Positions 52,202 to 60,051 of a DNA stretch of 64,000 nucleotides are shown here, piece after piece. Numbering within the stretch: position 1 is the stretch's first letter; every line of letters starts with the position of its first letter. A program made the position numbers and the translations under genes. The DNA comes from a virus, in IMG/VR virus record IMGVR_UViG_3300045988_143931, positions 32,001 to 96,000 of that record. One strand, given 5' to 3'. Under the pieces are notes generated by a model. The model ran no database searches. It was given only the letters and a program-made list of their open reading frames with translations, and had not been told where the DNA came from.

Positions 52202-53134
52202 TTATGCTGTTCTCTTTTTAATAAAAATAACCTTTGTACCTTCAATCACTCTTGACTGTTCAAGTCCAAGTCCCTCTACAATCATATCCTCAACATAAAG
52301 AGATACCGCTGTTCTAAAATCTAAAATAGGATATTTTGCACAAGCATTTGCCTTTAAATTCTCTGGTGTAATCTTTCTGAACTCTTCTGATAGAAATTTC
52401 TTTGTTTCGCTTCTGTCTTGAGCATATAACTTATACATATCTCTTAATGCACGAGTTACATAACTTACATATCCACTGTGCTTTCTATCAAATCCAGAAT
52501 CTCTTATTATGTCATATACATATTCTGCACAAGCTCCGTTGTCAATTGAACAGAGACTCAATGCTTCTGTATATGAACCAAGAACTCCACTTCCTCTATT
52601 GCCTGCATTTTCTCTATACTCAAACCCATAGATGTTTTTCATTTTTTCAAGTGTTTCTGTTGCCGGATCATGTAATACAAGCATTGCACCATGCTTCTGA
52701 ATTGGCGTTACCTTTCTAACTGATACACCCTGAAATGCATACAGTTCTGCTTCAAATGCAACTCTTTCAGAATCTTCCGTTGGTGCATTTAAGATTAACT
52801 GCACCTTTAAATCTTTGTATTTGTCTTTATCTACAATCTGACTTGCAATCCATCTTCCATAGCCATCAACTATATACACTTTACCTTCTTCCCAATGTGG
52901 TACACCAAGTAAAGGCATGAGCTTTCTTTCATCCCAATTATTAGTGAGATATTTTAAATCTCTTTCCGTTCTTTCGTCTGTCTGATACCGTGAATCAATT
53001 TCCATTAATTCAACAGGTATTCTAATAATTGCAATGTCTTCATGTATATCAGTGTATGCCTTTGTAAGACCTTCTAACTTGTCAACACTTCCCTTTGACT
53101 TTCTTCCTGTTACTACTTCAAACATTTTGCACAT
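52202..53134 (-). CDS. ParB/Srx-fold N-terminal domain protein (310 aa)
   Basis: IDSRYQ...LKYLTNNWDERKLMPLLGV...VYIVDGYGRWIA follows ParB-like nuclease domain logic. Confidence 0.55.
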   Translation of the reverse strand: MCKMFEVVTGRKSKGSVDKLEGLTKAYTDIHEDIAIIRIPVELMEIDSRYQTDERTERDLKYLTNNWDERKLMPLLGVPHWEEGKVYIVDGYGRWIASQIVDKDKYKDLKVQLILNAPTEDSERVAFEAELYAFQGVSVRKVTPIQKHGAMLVLHDPATETLEKMKNIYGFEYRENAGNRGSGVLGSYTEALSLCSIDNGACAEYVYDIIRDSGFDRKHSGYVSYVTRALRDMYKLYAQDRSETKKFLSEEFRKITPENLKANACAKYPILDFRTAVSLYVEDMIVEGLGLEQSRVIEGTKVIFIKKRTA

Positions 53135-53182
53135 AATTAACTACCTCTTTTCTTTTAATATTTTTGATATGTATTTTGTGTA

Positions 53183-53215
53183 TAAAAATAACGGCTTGCC
53201 TTTTGGTTCGCCGTT
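53183..53215 (-). terminator. rho-independent terminator
   Basis: AACGGC/GCCGTT stem followed by ATTTTTAT on the minus strand. Overlaps the upstream stop codon. Confidence 0.6.
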
Positions 53216-53511
53216 TAGTTACTAAACTTTTCAAGCCATTCATCTGTTTTCAGATAATCTTGATAGTCTATATCAATCAAACCTAATTCATCTGCCATTT
53301 GATATAGCCACTCTTTGCATTCTTCACTTCCATCTTCTGCAAGTAATTTACAAAGTTCCTGAATAACAGGTGTTACCGTTTCTCTTGCCTTTGATTCTTC
53401 AAACTCAACAAGATAATCGTAAGCATTACAAGCAATTTCCTTTGGTGTGAAATTACCCTTCCAGTTTGCATTGCCATATTCTGCAATATCATAAAAATCT
53501 CCATATTCCAT
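53215..53511 (-). CDS. hypothetical acidic protein (98 aa)
   Basis: ORF track. TAATG overlap with the upstream micro-ORF. Confidence 0.6.
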   Translation of the reverse strand: MEYGDFYDIAEYGNANWKGNFTPKEIACNAYDYLVEFEESKARETVTPVIQELCKLLAEDGSEECKEWLYQMADELGLIDIDYQDYLKTDEWLEKFSN

Positions 53512-53633
53512 TATATCTCACCTCTTTCCATTAAATAATTTCTATATGCATTCTCGCTTTCAAACTGCTGATATTTACCTATTGATGGTACAAATCCCAT
53601 ATAAGCAAACCCATTATAATATCCCTTTATCAT
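53511..53633 (-). CDS. 40-aa ORF translationally coupled at both ends, hand-called
   Basis: ATGA overlap with the upstream stop and TAATG overlap with the downstream start. Product MIKGYYNGFAYMGFVPSIGKYQQFESENAYRNYLMERGEI. Confidence 0.55.
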   Translation of the reverse strand: MIKGYYNGFAYMGFVPSIGKYQQFESENAYRNYLMERGEI

Positions 53634-53893
53634 GCTAACGCCTTTCTTAATTTGCATTTAAGAGTGTCGAATATACTCGGCTCTATAACAAGAAAATTGT
53701 CGTCTTGCATACACCTGCTTTCATATACTTGCTGATACTCCATCATCTGCACTGGTGTTAAGCTGTCATATGGAGTTAATAGATTTCTGTCTATAATGTC
53801 GTTTCCATCATTTCCTTTTATGATTCTGAAATTAAACATTCCAGGAACTTCTCTTTTGTGTATGACTTTTGTTTTGCTTTTAAATAGCATCAT
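53630..53893 (-). CDS. hypothetical protein (87 aa)
   Basis: ORF track. SD CAGGAGG. Confidence 0.6.
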   Translation of the reverse strand: MMLFKSKTKVIHKREVPGMFNFRIIKGNDGNDIIDRNLLTPYDSLTPVQMMEYQQVYESRCMQDDNFLVIEPSIFDTLKCKLRKALA

Positions 53894-53898
53894 TTCCT

Positions 53899-54054
53899 TT
53901 ATACCTCCTGTGCTAATCTTGCATCACGCATAATCCGTGATATTTCATTTTCTGTTTTTGCATTATGAATCTGTATTATTACTTCATCCGAATAACACAA
54001 ATCTCTTGCTGTTGTGATTGCTGTTCTCTTGTAATTGTACATTTCTCTTGACAT
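53899..54054 (-). CDS. 51-aa ORF, hand-called
   Basis: SD GGGAGAA. Product MSREMYNYKRTAITTARDLCYSDEVIIQIHNAKTENEISRIMRDARLAQEV. Confidence 0.5.
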   Translation of the reverse strand: MSREMYNYKRTAITTARDLCYSDEVIIQIHNAKTENEISRIMRDARLAQEV

Positions 54055-54072
54055 ATTAATATTCTCCCTTCT

Positions 54073-54408
54073 TTATCTTACAAAACCTGAATATTGAGCT
54101 TTGATAATTGTGTCGTCATATATGATATCTGTATAATTGTCGTGCATTATTAATGAGCAGATATCTCCCTTGTACCAATCTTCGGAATTATCTATAAATG
54201 TCCAAAGGTTTCCGTTGAAATCCTTGGTTGTTATTTCGTTTCCGTTTACACACTCAACCACTGTTGACAGTGGGTATGTGTGTTGATTGTAAGTTGCCTT
54301 TTGAACTGCTCTACCTATAAATAAGGCAGAAATTGAGAGCGTGACTGTTAAGATTACCATGAGCAGTTTTCTCTTTTCCTGATGTGTAAATTTGATTTCT
54401 TTTCGCAT
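54073..54408 (-). CDS. membrane-anchored protein (111 aa)
   Basis: N-terminal TM helix LLMVILTVTLSISALFIG. Confidence 0.6.
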   Translation of the reverse strand: MRKEIKFTHQEKRKLLMVILTVTLSISALFIGRAVQKATYNQHTYPLSTVVECVNGNEITTKDFNGNLWTFIDNSEDWYKGDICSLIMHDNYTDIIYDDTIIKAQYSGFVR

Positions 54409-54445
54409 TGCTTTAGTTTCCTTTCTTGTAGTATTGATTTTGGGT

Positions 54446-54482
54446 ATAAAAATAGCACCCTTTGCGTTTTGCTTTGGGTGCT
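54446..54482 (-). terminator. rho-independent terminator
   Basis: AGCACCC/GGGTGCT 7-bp stem followed by ATTTTTAT on the minus strand. Confidence 0.7.
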
Positions 54483-54492
54483 TTCTTGAATA

Positions 54493-54708
54493 TTATAATT
54501 CTTCTAAGTCTGCAAGATTATGTCTGAATCTTGTTCGACTATTGGTTTTACTGTCTACAACAGTATATTTCCCTTTCTCTTCATTGATATAGAATCCATC
54601 TTTGTTTACTTTTGATGTTTTCCATTTATAGCCTTCGTTTTCACATTCTTTCCATGCCACTTTTTCGGCATTTACTGAATACTGCCTTTTAAGTTCTTCT
54701 TTGTTCAT
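54493..54708 (-). CDS. hypothetical protein (71 aa)
   Basis: Start moved to MNKEELKRQY, which has SD GGAGGG. First gene after the non-coding zone. Confidence 0.55.
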   Translation of the reverse strand: MNKEELKRQYSVNAEKVAWKECENEGYKWKTSKVNKDGFYINEEKGKYTVVDSKTNSRTRFRHNLADLEEL

Positions 54709-54759
54709 AGTATTAACCCTCCTATATAATTTATATTTTATTTTCGACATTAAATGTCA

Positions 54760-54834
54760 ATGTGCTTGTAGGAATCGAACCTACTGATAAGTATAATGTT
54801 GTTAGCATTATATTATTCACCACATATAAGCACA
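54760..54834 (-). tRNA. tRNA-like element: perfect acceptor and T arm, defective D and anticodon arms (possible anticodon AAC)
   Basis: 75 nt. Acceptor TGTGCTT/AAGCACA is 7/7 paired. T arm is GTAGG-TTCGATT-CCTAC. A TAATG-CTAACAA-CATTA stem-loop exists, but the D stem and the variable region do not fit a canonical cloverleaf. Confidence 0.4.
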
Positions 54835-56018
54835 AATAAGATAAGTAGCCCTCACATCCTCTGTTATATATTCACTTATTTCCTATTAGGTAGACCTCAA
54901 ACATTAAATGGTATATTCACTTATTACTTATCATCAGGTGACTAACCCTTATGCAGTCAACAGTTTATTATTTTAATTCGCTCCAACTGTTACGAATACC
55001 TTACACTGTTTTATACAAACCGATTGCAAGACATACGGTTTTATCAGTGACATTATTCTCGAACTGATTACAGAATATACTATCAACCTAGTTACACTAG
55101 ACAGTAGGATTTATAGGCAGGGATTGTACTGCTCATACCTCATACACGAATGTAGATAGATACATTCAACATTAGTGTTACCACTAATTCTTGTGTATTG
55201 TTCCACTAGCAACTTTTCAAATAACCAAGCATAAGTTTTCATCGTTTTACCGAAACGCCAGTCGCTAACTATATACTGAGCTATCGAATCATTGTTAATT
55301 TTTATGATAGTGAATTGTGTCAATCACTCACTATATTTGTACCAAGATGCTATGTGATAGTGTTTACACACTATGTATTATGTACTTGCCACCAGCCACC
55401 ACTTTTCATGCGCTGTTCACCAAGTTTTCCCGAATATAGAGTTTATATTCGCTGACCTAGCCACTTGGGAGTGCTCCGTAACACCCTTGTCAGCCCTATA
55501 CGACATCTCCTCGTTTATGGTTCTCGCAAACCACACCCTTGACCGTTCAATCATATGTATTCTTGTAGTGTTGTGCTGATAGTTTAGAGCAGAACATCTA
55601 CTTGTCCACAAAACCTGAAGTCTATCGTCACCTACTTATTAACGCACACCTCCTAACTAGGTTGTATTTTGTGTAAGTGTATTGATGTCGTGTGTAGGTT
55701 AATCACACTAGAATACACATACAGTAACCTTTATGCATTGCGTCTTTAAATTTTGGGTGACTTTAATAGACCGTTTGGGAAGAACTGTCGTACCTCTACG
55801 GCTTATCACGGTTTTATTTGTATTGTGTTTAATGTTATGTATTTTTATTGACATATGGGTTGAGTAAAAAAGAACCCTATCTTGACGAAAATGTAAGTCA
55901 AAAATAGGGTTGATGATGGAGAACCCATCACAAAATGATGATGTAGATTTTGTGACCTACCCACTCAAAGAGTGGGTAACGCACTAGGCTTGACACGGTT
56001 TATACTCGCCTAGTCGAG
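54835..56018. ncRNA. candidate large structured non-coding RNA region (strand unresolved; minus favoured by context)
   Basis: ~1.2 kb with no SD-led ORF. Visibly higher GC than the flanks. Many nested hairpins, e.g. 55357-55374, 55431-55451, 55677-55718, 55873-55911 and 55958-55978. Confidence 0.45.
55958..55978 (-). other. strong 9-bp hairpin TACCCACTC-aaa-GAGTGGGTA just downstream of the 56019 gene
   Basis: Perfect stem with no U-tract. It could be an RNA 3' stabiliser or part of the structured region. Confidence 0.5.
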
Positions 56019-56447
56019 TTATTTAGCCATACGGCTCTGCTGATTATCCATGAACTTTGTAGCATCTTCGGCAGACTTGAACTCGTAAATCTGCACATAC
56101 TTGTCATCCTTTGCAAGTGCGTCATAGACCTTATCACCCTTGCCAAGCTTAGTTGCACCAAAGTCTTCAGTCGCAGACATCTTGATGGCAAACCTAGCCT
56201 TGCTTGACAGAAATGCACCCTTGACTGTACGGACGAACTTGCCATCGCACTCAAGAGAGCCGACAATCCGTGTAGACTTCTTAGATGCTGTCTTAGGCTC
56301 TGACTTAGGTGTTGTGTCTTTAGGTGTCTCTGTCTTAGGCTGTTCAACTGCTCCAAGTCCTAAGAGTTTAGCGATTTTCTGTGCTTCTGTAGCGTTAATC
56401 TGATAAGCTACTCCATTAACGATAACTGCATTCTTTAATTCTTTCAT
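56019..56447 (-). CDS. hypothetical protein (142 aa), compositional outlier
   Basis: Start moved to MKELKNAVIV, which has SD AAAGG. Noticeably GC-richer codons than every other gene here. Has a Pro/Lys/Thr-rich linker between two domains. Confidence 0.6.
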   Translation of the reverse strand: MKELKNAVIVNGVAYQINATEAQKIAKLLGLGAVEQPKTETPKDTTPKSEPKTASKKSTRIVGSLECDGKFVRTVKGAFLSSKARFAIKMSATEDFGATKLGKGDKVYDALAKDDKYVQIYEFKSAEDATKFMDNQQSRMAK

Positions 56448-56649
56448 AATTACCAACCTTTCTGTCTCATCTTAGAGACTTAAAAAAATATTTTTTGTTC
56501 ACTGAACTGCTCGTCAGCCGTTCAGCTTGGCTACACCTTATCACAAAAAAATTCTGCTTGTTTCGGTGCAAAACTTCCAAAAATGCTTATTTTTCGTGGT
56601 TTTGAGTATGGCGAGAATGGGGGGTGGCAAAAACGGATTAAACCCTTAT

Positions 56650-57480
56650 GAAATGTAAAACCAGGTATAGCAGGTTTATTTACACACCAAGTCAAAAAAT
56701 TTTTTATTAAAAATAAATTATCTTATTCTCAATCCATTAAATCCCCAATAAAATCAAGCAAAATCCCAATTTTCCCATCTCAAACTCCATATCGTACCCC
56801 ATATCGCTCAAACCTACTAACCAAGCCACTTTCACCCATCTTACAACCCAAAAATCAAACTTTCATTTCATTAAAAATTCACTCACAAATCCAAAATTAT
56901 CCTTATTTATAAGCACTTTTACCGATAACCATTTTTAATCCAGAATCATCATTATAATCAATTACATAAATCATAAATCTCTAATCAACAATAAGGGGGC
57001 TACATAAAAACCACATCAAAAAATCTAAAATTACCTATATACATCACAAAAACAGCCAAAAAAATCCAATACAAACCATCAAAAATCCTACTATAACAAT
57101 GCCAAAAACTCCCATCTCTCATCTAATCCCTCTATCATGCCCATATACAGTATTTTTATTTTACCCTACCAATAACACATAAAATCATTTTTACCTACCT
57201 AAATGCTCAAAATACAAGGTCAATTTTTTACATCACCCAAAATCACATTAACTATCTATATATATTCATGCACATTTACTATAAATAATATTATCAATTC
57301 TCACACTTATATAAAAATCAATTCTCATAGCTCAAATTTCAATTTTTACCCTCTACCCTAACAACTAGCCACCTGACATATAAAAATCCAAAATAGACTC
57401 AAAATCATACATTTTTCTCCTTATATTCCATGTAAAGAATTTTATATCAGAACAAATTTAAAAAAGAGAATATAAAATTG
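56650..57480. other. G-depleted (A/C/T-only) non-coding tract at the strand-switch point
   Basis: My hand count finds only about 25-30 G in ~830 nt on the plus strand, while C is several-fold more common. There is no ORF. AAAATC(C/A) words recur. Confidence 0.7.
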
Positions 57481-57511
57481 TATAAATCACATTTCTAAGG
57501 AGGGTTTACAA

Positions 57512-58486
57512 ATGAATACATATTTAATACCAACAACGGCAGCATATTGTTATGAACCATATGATTACATTTATTTTGTTTATGCTGATACACCACAAGA
57601 AGCTTATATAAAAGCATGTACTAAATTACAAGGAGAATATATACCACTTGAATCACAAGAATATGAATCATATCCATTTAAATTGTACAAGCCAGATGAT
57701 ACAACTATTTTTCCATTCCATGAATCAAGAAAATATGATATACTTGCAGAAGCATTTAAAAATACAGAAGGAGCAGAATATATGGCGTATTTCAATGTAA
57801 ACTGGAATGATTATATAGAAGATATAATTAAAATAGCAGATAAAGAAAATTGGTCTAATGATACATACCCTAATAATAAAATTCTTACAAATTATATGGT
57901 TCACACATATAAAAAATTATCTTCTGAAAAGAACGTAATTATTAATAATGAATATGCACTATTTAACACAGGACTTTTTACCGAATTCTATCAACCAATA
58001 TACGCATATCAAGATAAAAGCAAAAATGGATTAAAGTTTCTTACATCATATGATTTAGGAAATATGAATATTTCTGATCGCCCACCAAGAGCAAATTATT
58101 TTGATGATCCATCTCTCTTATTATTTGATTGGCACTACGAAATAAACATTAATTATAAACATATATTGAAAGATATTAATAATATTGAAAGAATTCCCGA
58201 AAAGCTTAAAGATAGCAAAAATATTCTTAACAATCTCAATGGTTCAATAGAAACTATGAAGAAGCGAGTATCAGCTAATTATAAATTGGCAATACCACAA
58301 TATTATGAAAATAAGATTCAGTTGTTACTTCCATTATGCTTAGAGGATGATACTACTCCATCATTAGCTTTAACCGTAACTAAAGTAGGAAATTATTATC
58401 AAGGTCACACATGTTTAACACTTGATATGGCATATAATAATGCTCGTCTTATTGCAAAACCAGAATCTAACTGGTTATCAATATAA
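57512..58486 (+). CDS. DUF3825-like protein (324 aa)
   Basis: SD AAGGAGGG. The C-terminal blocks NTGLFTEFYQPIYAY, NYKLAIPQYYENKIQLLLPL and TCLTLDMAYNNARLIAKPESNWL resemble DUF3825 as I remember it. Confidence 0.5.
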   Translation: MNTYLIPTTAAYCYEPYDYIYFVYADTPQEAYIKACTKLQGEYIPLESQEYESYPFKLYKPDDTTIFPFHESRKYDILAEAFKNTEGAEYMAYFNVNWNDYIEDIIKIADKENWSNDTYPNNKILTNYMVHTYKKLSSEKNVIINNEYALFNTGLFTEFYQPIYAYQDKSKNGLKFLTSYDLGNMNISDRPPRANYFDDPSLLLFDWHYEININYKHILKDINNIERIPEKLKDSKNILNNLNGSIETMKKRVSANYKLAIPQYYENKIQLLLPLCLEDDTTPSLALTVTKVGNYYQGHTCLTLDMAYNNARLIAKPESNWLSI

Positions 58487-58507
58487 ATCAAATAAATATA
58501 AAAAATT

Positions 58508-58540
58508 AACAGGCGGTAATTAAGCTGTCTGTTTTTTATT
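58508..58540 (+). terminator. rho-independent terminator
   Basis: AACAGGC/GTCTGTT stem with one G:U pair, followed by TTTTTATT. Confidence 0.6.
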
Positions 58541-58678
58541 GCATAAATTTATATTATTCTCCACTATTCTATTTAATAATTCTTAAAAACTTAAATCTCT
58601 TTAAGAGAACAATCTATTGTAAATAATCATTACACCACTCTTACCAAATAAAAAAATAAATTTAAAGGAGGATTCTAT

Positions 58679-58768
58679 ATGGGTAACTTAAAACTAATTA
58701 CAACAGAAACATTTAATAACTTATCATGTAACTTTTATAGAAATATATTTGATGAATTAGCATATTAA
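58679..58768 (+). pseudogene. 29-aa remnant resembling the N-terminus of phage antirepressor (ORF6N/KilAC-type) proteins
   Basis: SD AAAGGAGGA. Product MGNLKLITTETFNNLSCNFYRNIFDELAY then a stop. The LxI..ETF..L.C.FY pattern is typical of the antirepressor N-terminus. Confidence 0.3.
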
Positions 58769-58901
58769 ATCACTTCTCAATCTATTTAGGGAGAAAAAAT
58801 CACACCTCACAGAAAAAATTAGCCACTTTTATCTCATACCCTTATAAGTTATCACCTAAGACATAAAAATTGAAATTCACCCTCAAAATCGTTAATTTAC
58901 T

Positions 58902-59027
58902 CCACAGATATGGGGTATGAGAAAACTATATACAAGCTCAAAAAGATAGTATGTGCGTAAGCACAAGATGTAGCCCTTTGATAAGGGCGGTCTTTTCGCA
59001 GCGTTAGCAAGAAAAGAACATCTGTGG
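58902..59027 (+). ncRNA. candidate multi-stem structured RNA leader upstream of the 59069 ORF
   Basis: Closing helix CCACAGAT/ATCTGTGG encloses four helices: ACTAT/ATAGT; TGTGC-GTAA-GCACA (GNRA loop); GCCCTT/AAGGGC; and TCTTTTC/GAAAAGA. Confidence 0.4.
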
Positions 59028-59068
59028 GATAGACAATTGAAGAGAATAATATATCAAAGGAGTAATCT

Positions 59069-59347
59069 ATGATACAAGATGATATATCAAAATATCTTAA
59101 ACAAAAAGAAAGCAATATTTCAAAGAGCAATCGCAAATCAAAGCACAAACATCAATATAAAGAATGTTTAATTCAATTTCCGATTGCATTTACAGGGAAA
59201 ACATTCATAAACACAAAGTTATATGGATATTGTTCCATCTGTGGAAAAATAGGTTCAGTTAAGAATGGAAAATTTAAAACTGAATTAGAGCAATTAGAAA
59301 AATCAAGACAAGGTAACAATAGTTTTCTTATTGCTATATCAGGTTAA
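59069..59347 (+). CDS. hypothetical basic protein (92 aa)
   Basis: SD AAAGGAG. ORF track. Contains CSICGK. Confidence 0.6.
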   Translation: MIQDDISKYLKQKESNISKSNRKSKHKHQYKECLIQFPIAFTGKTFINTKLYGYCSICGKIGSVKNGKFKTELEQLEKSRQGNNSFLIAISG

Positions 59348-59456
59348 AAAATATATGAAAGATATCATAATAAGTTACCTATATTTTTTATTGAAGATTC
59401 ATTTGCTGATTATGTTGTTTTAGAAAAAGAGAATAATTCAAAAGGAGAATGATATT

Positions 59457-59663
59457 ATGAAAAAATCAATTTTATTTAAAAGAACAAGAAAATCCGTTGC
59501 CAAGAAACTATCTAATCATATTTATATAGATATTATTAATAGCCATGATACAAAATTAATAATAGATAACTTTACATTATTAGAACTTATTTATATTGAA
59601 AGAGCATTAAAGAAATTGGATTCTATGTCAGAAGAAGAAATTCAAGAATTAAATATAGAATAA
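59457..59663 (+). CDS. hypothetical protein (68 aa)
   Basis: SD AAAGGAGAA. ORF track. Confidence 0.6.
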   Translation: MKKSILFKRTRKSVAKKLSNHIYIDIINSHDTKLIIDNFTLLELIYIERALKKLDSMSEEEIQELNIE

Positions 59664-59672
59664 TTTCACATA

Positions 59673-59916
59673 GGTACATCTCATATGTACCCAAATGAAA
59701 ACGTTAATCAAAAACACCATGTACCTAAACCAATCAATAACAATCAAACAAAAAATTATAGAGCTTGTATGAAGCGTAAGCGAAATACAAGCGTAATATT
59801 CTTCTCTTGATAATATGAGTCTATATAGATATTGACCTACACAAATCCACACCTGACATGTACCCAAATGAAGAAATTTTTTACTTTTGGGTACGTCATA
59901 CATGTACCCAAATGAA
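59673..59916 (+). repeat. iteron-like array: three exact copies of ATGTACCCAAATGAA plus a degenerate copy and inverted half-sites
   Basis: Exact copies at 59685-59699, 59858-59872 and 59902-59916. Degenerate copy ATGTACCTAAAC at 59719-59730. Inverted halves GGTACAT at 59673-59679 and TTTGGGTAC at 59886-59894. Confidence 0.85.
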
Positions 59917-60051
59917 TTTTTGACAATTTCATAAATGTAAAAATTCACGACTTTTAGAAGTCAAGATGGAGAATATACTATTGTACCACTTACAATACTC
60001 TCATCTCACAAATTGTAACTGTAAATTATATTTTAGAAGAAAGGAAAGAAA

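Noticed and set aside
53135-54453. Shared TATTTTTATAC(A/C)CAAAAT sequence after two terminators (minus strand, near 53165-53189 and 54429-54453), considered as a phage-specific promoter.
   Set aside because: Only two good copies exist, and much of the match is the terminator U-tract itself. Other terminators in the window are not followed by it.
1121-54592. Dozens of plus-strand track ORFs inside the minus-strand block (e.g. 1121-1387, 5368-5763, 14656-15102, 17587-18076, 33236-33637, 41093-41521, 47024-47611, 51248-51763).
   Set aside because: They lie antisense to longer SD-led minus-strand genes and lack their own SD. They are Leu/Ser/Phe/Ile-rich low-complexity translations, typical of shadow frames in AT-rich DNA.
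54760-54834. The tRNA-like element considered as an attP core, or as a prophage boundary marking the end of the phage.
   Set aside because: Phage-like small genes continue on both sides, and no second copy of the 3' tRNA half is visible in the window. This cannot be decided without the host genome, so I kept it only as a tRNA-like element.
55111-55611. Three track ORFs (55111-55323 minus, 55373-55579 plus, 55417-55611 minus) inside the ORF-poor block.
   Set aside because: They overlap one another on both strands and have no SD. Their composition is unlike the neighbouring genes. I treat the region as non-coding.
56000-56403. Alternative-frame ORFs 56000-56356 (minus) and 56140-56403 (plus) overlapping the 56019-56447 gene.
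   Set aside because: Only the 56447 start has an SD. The others are Arg/Ser/Leu-rich shadow frames made possible by the locally higher GC.
56540-56905. DnaA-box-like words (TTATCACAA at ~56546, TTATCCTTA at ~56898), considered as a chromosomal-type origin.
   Set aside because: Each has mismatches to TTATCCACA. Only isolated copies exist, and this is expected by chance in AT-rich DNA.
58897-59148. 83-aa minus-strand track ORF.
   Set aside because: It has no SD and sits opposite the local plus-strand operon. It overlaps the start of the SD-led 59069 ORF and coincides with the hairpin-rich leader.
59649-59948. 99-aa minus-strand track ORF across the repeat array.
   Set aside because: It has no SD and is hydrophobic and low-complexity. 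The region is better explained by the 15-bp iteron-like repeats.
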